Assembly: GCA_043812155.1 (NCBI GenBank)
Contig: JBDRMK010000017.1
Location: 146,509 to 210,508, forward strand
Length of the DNA stretch: 64,000 nucleotides
Source: Patescibacteria group bacterium
GTDB lineage: Bacteria > Patescibacteriota > Patescibacteriia > JAXHNJ01
Reading direction: 5' to 3'
The position numbers were made by a program, and so were the translations under genes. Every line of letters begins with the position of its first letter. Within the stretch, counting starts at the first letter, position 1. Shown in pieces: positions 57,279 through 64,000 of the stretch. Under the pieces are notes generated by a model. That model worked only from the letters and a program-made list of their open reading frames with translations, searched no databases and was not told the DNA's origin.

Positions 57279-58742
57279 ATGAAACTTTACGAATCATGGG
57301 AAAAAATTTCCCGGTTGTCAAAAGAAGAAATAAAAAAAATGCAGGACAAAAAAGTGGCCTATTTTGTCCAGCATCAGCTGCCTTTTTCGCCCTATTACCG
57401 TGAGCTTTTCGCCAAAAACAACCTTAAATTTTCGGACATCAAATCAACTGATGACCTGCAAAAAATCCCCTTGTCCTCAAAAGAAGATCTGGCTCCGACC
57501 AAAGAAGACCCGGGCAAGCCCCGCACTTTTATGCTGCAGCCGGACGAGCATCTGATAAAAAAATACGCGGGCAAAGGAGAACTTCTGAAGATCCTTATGA
57601 AAAAAGTAAAAGGCCAGGACGTAAAAAGAGAGCTGGAATGGCAGTATAAGCCGATCCACCTTCATTTTACCACCGGCCGTTCCGCCGCTCCCACGCCTTT
57701 CGGTTATTCCGCCCGGGACCTGGAAATATTGAAAGAAACCGGAGAAAGAATGCTCTCCGTCATTAAAGTCTCCCGAGATGAAGTCGCCATTAACGCTTTT
57801 CCTTTTTCGCCACATTTGGCTTTTTGGCTGGCTTACTACGCTTTAACCAAGCTCGGCATGACCACTTTGCACACCGGCGGCGGCAAAGTGATGGGCACCC
57901 AGAAAATCATTGATGCCATTGAAAAAATGAAAGCCTCTCTGATCGTCTATATCCCCGGCTACGGCTACCATATGTTAAGGCAGGCGGCCGAGCAAAAAAG
58001 AAATTTATCCAATGTTAAATACATCATTACCGGCGGGGAAAGGATCGGCCAGGGCTTGCGCGATAAGACCCGGGAGATCCTGGAGCAGATGGGCGCCAAA
58101 ATGCCGCAGATCTACGCCACCTACGCCATGACGGAAAGCAAGACCGCCTGGATCCAATGCGCCGAATCCACCGGCTATCACACTTACCCGGATCTGGAAT
58201 TTTTTGAAGTGGTAGATAAAGAAGGCAACCGGGTCAAAGAAGGCGAATCGGGTGAGATTGCCATTACCCTGCTTGGCTGGCGCGGTTCAATCGTCTGCCG
58301 CTATAGAACAGGAGATATGGTTAAGGGGATAAATTACGATCCCTGCCCGCATTGCGGCCTGACCGTTCCCCAGATCTTCCCCGACATTCAGCGCTCCTCG
58401 GACATGAAAGAATTTCATTTAACCAAAGTGAAGGGCGAATTAATCAATCTGAATAATATTTATCCTCTGCTTTCCGGACTTAAAGAAATTGAGGAATGGC
58501 AGGTGGAGATCCGGAAAAAAGACAACGACCCGTTTGAAGTGGATGAGATGGTTTTGTATGTCGCCCCGAAAAAAGAGATTGACTGGCCGGTTTTTGAGAA
58601 AAAACTCAAATCAAAATTTGCTTACGAGGTGGGCGTAACCCCGCAGGTTTCAAAAGAACCGGTCTCAAAAATCCTTCACCGCGTCGGCATGGACACTGAG
58701 CTCAAAGAAAAAAGGATCGTAGACATACGGCCGAAAGATTAA
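57279..58742 (+). CDS. adenylate-forming enzyme, phenylacetate-CoA ligase / coenzyme F390 synthetase family (PaaK-like)
   Basis: N-terminal region typical of PaaK-like ligases (...SPYYRELF...LQKIPLSSKEDL), AMP-binding core (TGGEKIGQ, YATYAMTE). Confidence 0.65.
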   Translation: MKLYESWEKISRLSKEEIKKMQDKKVAYFVQHQLPFSPYYRELFAKNNLKFSDIKSTDDLQKIPLSSKEDLAPTKEDPGKPRTFMLQPDEHLIKKYAGKGELLKILMKKVKGQDVKRELEWQYKPIHLHFTTGRSAAPTPFGYSARDLEILKETGERMLSVIKVSRDEVAINAFPFSPHLAFWLAYYALTKLGMTTLHTGGGKVMGTQKIIDAIEKMKASLIVYIPGYGYHMLRQAAEQKRNLSNVKYIITGGERIGQGLRDKTREILEQMGAKMPQIYATYAMTESKTAWIQCAESTGYHTYPDLEFFEVVDKEGNRVKEGESGEIAITLLGWRGSIVCRYRTGDMVKGINYDPCPHCGLTVPQIFPDIQRSSDMKEFHLTKVKGELINLNNIYPLLSGLKEIEEWQVEIRKKDNDPFEVDEMVLYVAPKKEIDWPVFEKKLKSKFAYEVGVTPQVSKEPVSKILHRVGMDTELKEKRIVDIRPKD

Positions 58743-58764
58743 ATTATTTAATTATTTCTCATAT

Positions 58765-58929
58765 AGAGCGGGTCCCTCTTCGAGCCTGAGCCTCAGAGCC
58801 GAAGGCCAGACCCGCTCTTGTTTTTCAACAAAAAACGTGCCTGGCTTCAAACAAAGATTTAATTTAATTACGAGAAGGGCGGATTCTCCTAGAGCCTGAG
58901 CAGAGTCGAAGGCAGAATCCGCCCTATTC
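58765..58929. repeat. two long-form REP/MITE-like hairpin elements
   Basis: 58765-58816 and 58868-58929, with TIRs AGAGCGGGTC/GACCCGCTCT and AGGGCGGATTC/GAATCCGCCCT around a GAGCCTGAGC...GTCGAAGG core. 58765-58816 is inverse-homologous to 8177-8233. Confidence 0.7.
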
Positions 58930-58998
58930 AAATAAAAAAAACAGGGAAGCGCGTGAAACGCTCCCCTTTTTGATTAGCGCACGGTGTACCCGCGCTTA

Positions 58999-59238
58999 TT
59001 ATAATGAACCGCCTTCGATCTTCAAACCGCCCTCGCGCTTGATAATCATAACCGAAGTGCCATCCGCGGCGCACATGACAACCGAATTATCTTCCAGGCC
59101 TTTCTTAAACTTAAGGCCGCTTCCAAAAAGGGCGACAACCAGCTTCTGCCGCCGCTTCTCATCATCCCGGCTTTCATCCGGCTCTTCCAGGTCAAGTATT
59201 TCCAGAATATCCTTAAGGCCGATAAATTTACCTGTCAT
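58999..59238 (-). CDS. small hypothetical protein (79 aa), GC-rich cassette gene 2
   Basis: Strong RBS AGGAGG 5 nt upstream of the ATG. About 52% GC. Confidence 0.45.
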   Translation of the reverse strand: MTGKFIGLKDILEILDLEEPDESRDDEKRRQKLVVALFGSGLKFKKGLEDNSVVMCAADGTSVMIIKREGGLKIEGGSL

Positions 59239-59267
59239 GATGAACCTCCTTATCTTTTCTACTGGAC

Positions 59268-59453
59268 TTATTCTTCGGAACATTCCTCCTGAAGAGCTAT
59301 CAAAGCATCCCTGCGCAGAGCTTGCCACAAATCATCTTCGGTCAGACCGTGTTCCTTCAACCCCCTTCTGAGCTCTGCGATAGACATCCTCTTGTCCTTT
59401 TTTCTTTTGGCTCTGTAACTTGACCTGCCAAATTTCCCGTCTTTCTTTTTCAT
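59268..59453 (-). CDS. small basic helical protein (61 aa), GC-rich cassette gene 1
   Basis: RBS AGGAGG. Lys/Arg-rich N-terminus, then an amphipathic helix. The overlapping 73-aa alternative frame is not supported. Confidence 0.4.
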   Translation of the reverse strand: MKKKDGKFGRSSYRAKRKKDKRMSIAELRRGLKEHGLTEDDLWQALRRDALIALQEECSEE

Positions 59454-59742
59454 AAATCAAACCTCCTCTTGGTTTGAGTAAATTTTTCGCAAAACGGCTG
59501 GTATGAACAATGTTATAATAGCCTATCTTACCAAACTCCCAGAGGGTTGTCAAAATGGGAAATGTAAGCTAAAATAAGACCATTATTTGATTCGAAGGGC
59601 ATAAGACGCGAAGATAATAAACCTGCAGAATATTATTGAGAAAAAATGCGGATTACTTTACTCTTTGTGTCCTCGTGTCTAAATGTCAAATGTCTACTGT
59701 CTAATACCAAAAGCCAAAATAATAAATAATATAAAAACATCC

Positions 59743-61023
59743 ATGAAAGTCGAAGTAAAAAAATTACCTAAATCACAAGCCGAAATGACGATCGAAGTCT
59801 CGGTTTTTGAGCTGCAGCCATTTTTGACCAACACGGCCGGCCAAATGTCCAAAGAAATGAATTTTCCCGGATTCAGGCCGGGCAAAGCCCCTTATGACAT
59901 GGTCAAAGAAAAAGTGGGGGAAGCGGCCATTTACCAGGAAGCGGCGGAGGATGTCATCCGGAAAACTTATCCTAAGGCGGTCATTGAACAAAATCTTCCG
60001 GCCGTGGGCCAGCCGAATATCACCCTGGAAAAACTGGCGCCAGGCAACCCGATGGTCTATAAAGCACAAGTCAGTTTGTTGCCGAATATCGAGCTGGGCG
60101 ATTATAAAAAACCAAAAGCCAAAAGAAAAGCGATAAAAGTGGAGCAAAAAGAAATTGACAAAGCCATCAAGGATCTCCAAAAAATGTACGGCAAAGAGAT
60201 CCGGGTGGAAAGAAACGCGGCCAAAGGCGATAAAGTGGAAATTGATTTTGACGTCTTTTTGGACAACGTTCCTCTGGAAGGCGGGGCTTCAAAAAATCAC
60301 CCTTTGGTGATCGGCGAAGGCAATTTTATCCCGGGCTTTGAAGAGAATCTGGTCGGGATGGCCAAAGAACAAGTCAAAGAATTCAAAATAAGATTCCCCA
60401 AGGACTATCATAAAAATGACCTGGCCAACCGCCTGGCGGAATTCAAGGTGAAAATGCTGGCGGTCTACAAAATCGAACTGCCTGGGCTTAACGATGAATG
60501 GGCGAAAATGGCGGGAAAATTCGAGAATTTCGCCGAGCTGCAGAAACATTTTTCGCAAGATTTAGAAAAAAAGAAAGAGGGCCAGGCGGATCAAATATTT
60601 GAAATGGAAATTCTGGACGATATTATCAGCAAATCAAAATTTGAGGAAATCCCCGAACTGTTAATGGATTCCGAACTGGATAAGATGATCAAGGAATTGG
60701 AGCACGATATTATGAGCCAGGGGATGAAATTTGAGGATTATTTAAAAGCGGTGAAAAAAACCCCGGAAGACTTGAAAAAAGAATTTACTCCGACGGCGGA
60801 AAAAAGGATAAAGACCGCTCTTATCATCCGCCATATCGCCAAAGAGGAAAAGATCCAAGTTACGCCTCAGGAAATCGAGGCCGAGATCAAAAAGACCAAA
60901 GAAACCTACAAAAGCCAGCCGGAGATAGCAAAACAGCTTGATTCTCCCGAATACAAAATGTATCTTTCCAATGTCCTGGCTTCAAAAAAAGTGATGGAAT
61001 TTCTTAAAAATCTGGTTGCATAA
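59743..61023 (+). CDS. tig: trigger factor
   Basis: N-terminal ribosome-binding motif GFRPGKAP, central PPIase-like domain and C-terminal arm. Start at the internal ATG. Confidence 0.85.
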   Translation: MKVEVKKLPKSQAEMTIEVSVFELQPFLTNTAGQMSKEMNFPGFRPGKAPYDMVKEKVGEAAIYQEAAEDVIRKTYPKAVIEQNLPAVGQPNITLEKLAPGNPMVYKAQVSLLPNIELGDYKKPKAKRKAIKVEQKEIDKAIKDLQKMYGKEIRVERNAAKGDKVEIDFDVFLDNVPLEGGASKNHPLVIGEGNFIPGFEENLVGMAKEQVKEFKIRFPKDYHKNDLANRLAEFKVKMLAVYKIELPGLNDEWAKMAGKFENFAELQKHFSQDLEKKKEGQADQIFEMEILDDIISKSKFEEIPELLMDSELDKMIKELEHDIMSQGMKFEDYLKAVKKTPEDLKKEFTPTAEKRIKTALIIRHIAKEEKIQVTPQEIEAEIKKTKETYKSQPEIAKQLDSPEYKMYLSNVLASKKVMEFLKNLVA

Positions 61024-61026
61024 AAT

Positions 61027-61653
61027 ATGGCGAAAAAATGGCAGAAATCCTTATTTGTTTTTTTGAGCTTAATTTTTGTCTTGGTTTTAGCCGTTGAAAT
61101 CACGCCGCTGAATGACTTATTGACTCTGCCCCTCATCCAGAAAGACCCTTTGGAAAAAAGAGGGGTCATTATTATTTTAGGCGGCGGCATAAAAAAAGAC
61201 GGCCGCCTGGCCAAGCAAACCGCGGAAAGGACCCAGGAAGGCCTGGCGCTTTCCCAGGAAGGTTACGCCGGCGAAATTTTACTGGCCGGCGGCCAGGCGA
61301 AAAACAGAAGTTGGCCGGAAAGCGATAAAATGAAAGAATATGCCCTTTCCTTAGGCAATAGTGGAGAAAATATCATCAAAGAATCCGCCTCTAAAAACAC
61401 CTATGAAAACGCGGTCAATTCCCTGGCCATCATGTCCGACCACGGCTTCAAAGACGCGCTCGTCGTCACTTCCCCTTACCACACCAGAAGGGCCTGTTTA
61501 ATTTTCAAAAAATTGGGTACAGAAATCACCTGCCAGCCGGTCAGAAATGAATTTATCAGCCCGCTTAATTTTTGGGAAAAATTACATTATTTTAAAGGCC
61601 TGATCCGGGAATACGGCGCGATTGTTTATTTCAAAATTAAAGGGTATATTTAA
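61027..61653 (+). CDS. YdcF/ElyC/SanA-family (DUF218) protein
   Basis: N-terminal TM helix, then IIILGGG...EILLAGG pattern. Confidence 0.65.
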   Translation: MAKKWQKSLFVFLSLIFVLVLAVEITPLNDLLTLPLIQKDPLEKRGVIIILGGGIKKDGRLAKQTAERTQEGLALSQEGYAGEILLAGGQAKNRSWPESDKMKEYALSLGNSGENIIKESASKNTYENAVNSLAIMSDHGFKDALVVTSPYHTRRACLIFKKLGTEITCQPVRNEFISPLNFWEKLHYFKGLIREYGAIVYFKIKGYI

Positions 61654-61656
61654 GAT

Positions 61657-62235
61657 ATGAAACTCGCCAAGTCACAGCTTAAAAAAATTGAAAGGTCAGT
61701 GCAAAAAATTTACCAAAAAAATAATGATCCCTATCATCATTTTAACCACGCTTTTAGAACGGCAAAATTAGCCGCCTATATTGCCAAAAAGGAGAAAGCC
61801 AACCAAACAGTCTGTTATGTCGCTGGACTAGTTCACGACATCTCCCCGAAAACCCGAGGGGAAACTCATGGCCTGGCCTCAAGCCGAATGGCCGAAAAAC
61901 TCCTGAGGAAACAGGTTCTCGACCGATATTTTATCCGCCAGGTCTGCCAAGCGATTAAATACCACGATACTGCCGCCCGACGAAAAATCAAAACTTCCGA
62001 AGGCAAAATTGTATTTGACGCTGACAAACTCCAATGCCTGGGGCCGGTCGGCGCGATCCGTGAATACGGCGACTACCTTAAACTCAGCTATGGCCATACT
62101 AAAGTCATAAAAATAACCCTGGATTATTTAAAAAATAATAATCCGCCGCTGTTCACAAAGACAGGCCGCTCATTAAAAATACCCTTAAAAAAATTCAATT
62201 TAGAATTTGTTAGACTCTATAATGAATATAAATAA
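61657..62235 (+). CDS. HD-domain phosphohydrolase
   Basis: H...HD motif (HHFNHAF...GLVHDI). Confidence 0.6.
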   Translation: MKLAKSQLKKIERSVQKIYQKNNDPYHHFNHAFRTAKLAAYIAKKEKANQTVCYVAGLVHDISPKTRGETHGLASSRMAEKLLRKQVLDRYFIRQVCQAIKYHDTAARRKIKTSEGKIVFDADKLQCLGPVGAIREYGDYLKLSYGHTKVIKITLDYLKNNNPPLFTKTGRSLKIPLKKFNLEFVRLYNEYK

Positions 62236-63007
62236 AATAAAACTTACTATTTTAGGCTCCGGCTCATACCAGCCGGAATTGAACCGACATTCCGCCAGCC
62301 ATTTGATTCAAATTCGTAATCAAAATCTTGTTTTTGATTTTGGCCGCGGAACTTTAGACCAATTAATGAAACTTGGTATTAACTATTATAATATTGATGC
62401 TATTTTTATTTCCCACACTCACCCGGATCATTTTTCCGAATTGGCTTCTTTCTTGCATATTGCTCTGGCTGAACCCGGGATTGGCGAAAGAAGAAAAAAA
62501 GACATTACTATATACGGCCCAAAAGGATTTAGAGGAAAAATGGCATTATTTTATCGGTCCTTAAATATTGAAAAATTCCGGCCGAAATATAAAATAAATA
62601 TTGAGGAAATCCCTTCGGGAAAAATTATCAAAGGAAAAAATTGGCAAATTCAGGGATTTAATACCACTCATTCAAGCAGTCTAAATTGTCTCTGTTATCG
62701 TCTAAAACACAAAAATACCATCTTTGCCTATTCCGGCGACAGCTCAATATCTTTAGGTCTAAAAAAGGCCATAAATAATGTCGATTTAGCCTTAATAGAA
62801 GCCAGCTGGCCGGAAGAAACAGCACCTAAAACGCATTTAACCGCCGAGCAGGCGGGAAAAATCTGCCAAGAGTCAGGCGTGAAAAAAATGGTTTTAACGC
62901 ATGCCTCGCCCATGTATTTCAAAAAATATAATCTTAAAAAATTAGCCCGTAAATATTTTAAAGGCCTGATTATATTAGCGCGAGATTTAATGAAAATTAA
63001 TATTTAA
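62222..63007 (+). CDS. MBL-fold metallo-hydrolase (RNase Z/BN-like)
   Basis: ISHTHPDHF motif. Start at the internal Met overlapping the previous gene end. Confidence 0.65.
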   Translation: MNINKIKLTILGSGSYQPELNRHSASHLIQIRNQNLVFDFGRGTLDQLMKLGINYYNIDAIFISHTHPDHFSELASFLHIALAEPGIGERRKKDITIYGPKGFRGKMALFYRSLNIEKFRPKYKINIEEIPSGKIIKGKNWQIQGFNTTHSSSLNCLCYRLKHKNTIFAYSGDSSISLGLKKAINNVDLALIEASWPEETAPKTHLTAEQAGKICQESGVKKMVLTHASPMYFKKYNLKKLARKYFKGLIILARDLMKINI

Positions 63008-63011
63008 CTTT

Positions 63012-63452
63012 ATGAAAATTCGCCTCGCCAAAAAGAAGGATTTTAACGAAATCATGCGTCTTTATGAGCAGCTCTGGAGCCCCGGGAAAATCATTCCGAA
63101 AAACATGAAAAAACTCAAAAAAGCCTGGCACAACCTTATTAAAGCGAAGTACGCTTACGATTTGGTTATTGAAGAAAAGAAAAGGTTAATCGGACATATC
63201 ACGGTAAGAATAATTCCTGAATTTTGGCTCTACGGAAAAACAGGCTTTATTGACGATGTCGTTATTGACAAGCCATACCGGGGAAAAGGCTTGGCGAAAA
63301 AACTGATGAAGGAAACGGAAAAAATGGCGAAAAAGAATAAGATTAAAATCATGGGCCTCTACTCCGAAGATTACCGGCCGGAAGCCATCAAGCTTTACGA
63401 AGGGCTCGGCTACAAAAAATACGACAAAATTTTTATGAGAAAGGAATTTTAA
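63012..63452 (+). CDS. GNAT-family N-acetyltransferase
   Basis: Acetyl-CoA-binding motif region (VVIDKPYRGKGLAKKLM). Confidence 0.7.
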   Translation: MKIRLAKKKDFNEIMRLYEQLWSPGKIIPKNMKKLKKAWHNLIKAKYAYDLVIEEKKRLIGHITVRIIPEFWLYGKTGFIDDVVIDKPYRGKGLAKKLMKETEKMAKKNKIKIMGLYSEDYRPEAIKLYEGLGYKKYDKIFMRKEF

Positions 63453-63454
63453 CC

Positions 63455-63949
63455 ATGAAAACCGCCGTTTTATCCGATTTGCACGACAATTACGCCGGCT
63501 GGCAATTGATTAATAAGATATTGAAAAAAGAAGGGGTTCAAACTATCTTTTTTTGCGGCGATTTGGCCGCACCTTCCATGCTTAAGAAAATGATCGGGGA
63601 ATTTGAAGGCCATATCCATATTGTCTTCGGCAATGTGGCTGACCGGGAAACGGAAAAAAAATTCGCCGATGAATCAGAAAAAGTGACTCATTATAGTGAT
63701 CTGGCGGAATTTGAATTGGAGGGAAAAAAAATCTGCCTTACCCATTTCCCAGAAAAGGCTAGGGAATTAGCCGCCGCCGGCAGCTTTGATTTAATCTGCT
63801 TTGGCCATAACCATATGAAAACCTTTGAAAAAATCGGAAATACATACCTGCTTAACCCGGGCACGGCCGGAGGGATGTTCCAATACCCTTCGTTCGCCAT
63901 ATTTGATCTTCCTAAAATGACTAATGAATTCAAGGAAATAACTTTATGA
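63455..63949 (+). CDS. YfcE-like metallophosphoesterase
   Basis: DLHDN, GDL, GNxD and GHNH metal-binding motifs. Confidence 0.7.
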   Translation: MKTAVLSDLHDNYAGWQLINKILKKEGVQTIFFCGDLAAPSMLKKMIGEFEGHIHIVFGNVADRETEKKFADESEKVTHYSDLAEFELEGKKICLTHFPEKARELAAAGSFDLICFGHNHMKTFEKIGNTYLLNPGTAGGMFQYPSFAIFDLPKMTNEFKEITL

Positions 63950-64000
63950 TAAAAACCGCCGTCCTGGCCGCTAAAAAGGCGGGGGAATTTACGTTAAAAA
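63948..64000 (+). CDS. 3'-truncated ORF (possibly inositol-monophosphatase-family start)
   Basis: MIKTAVLAAKKAGEF... resembles IMPase N-termini. Only 17 codons fall in the window. Confidence 0.25.

Noticed and set aside
1-64000. CRISPR arrays, rRNA genes, transposase or integrase genes
   Set aside because: No regularly spaced direct repeats, rRNA-like sequence, or DDE/tyrosine-recombinase ORFs were found anywhere in the window.

Overview
This window looks like a small-genome bacterium, plausibly a Candidate Phyla Radiation (Patescibacteria) lineage; that placement is inference, not a search result.

Evidence for the placement: about 40-48% GC, tRNA genes without encoded CCA, a GT39/PMT-type glycosyltransferase, a lone PilT, giant LysM-anchored surface proteins, and compact housekeeping operons.

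Housekeeping genes I can support from motifs:
- Transport and energy: P-type cation ATPase, membrane H+/Na+ pyrophosphatase, pyruvate phosphate dikinase, glutamate dehydrogenase, a class I/II aminotransferase.
- RNA and translation: RNase Y, NrnA, RbfA, IF-2, NusA, trigger factor, RNase HII, YraN.
- Redox and protein turnover: TrxA, TrxB, a CsoR-type repressor, ClpP.
- Other: HU, YmdB, bactofilin, a PurN-like formyltransferase, three tandem PlsC acyltransferases followed by a PaaK-like adenylate-forming enzyme.

Accessory content:
- A locus with PilT, a cNMP-binding+GAF protein, and two tandem Thr-rich secreted paralogs that share an identical 100-nt block.
- Three consecutive giant surface-protein genes (33350-42362) sharing a near-identical C-terminal Big-like module; two end in LysM.
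- A four-helix-bundle ('23S rRNA IVS protein') gene inside a cassette flanked by terminal inverted repeats.
- Five tRNA genes in two clusters (Arg-TCG, Lys-CTT, Arg-CCT, Ala-CGC, Ala-GGC).

Most unusual observation: each tRNA gene lacks an encoded CCA. About 80-110 nt downstream of each, a hairpin is followed by an imperfect copy of the tRNA's own T-arm and acceptor 3' strand. Four of the five copies carry CCA. Two of the copies sit in 78-nt structured repeats. tRNA 5' fragments also lie nearby.

Other features:
- Two dispersed intergenic repeat families: a GC-rich hairpin/MITE-like family and an AT-rich AAATTCCAATG family.
- Several short islands of about 53-60% GC, each carrying one secreted or hypothetical gene. 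One is a LysM protein with an apparent +1 frameshift in a G-run.
- Poly-C tracts in a divergent promoter.
- A terminator-like hairpin in the nusA leader.

No CRISPR array, rRNA gene or recognisable transposase/integrase gene was found.
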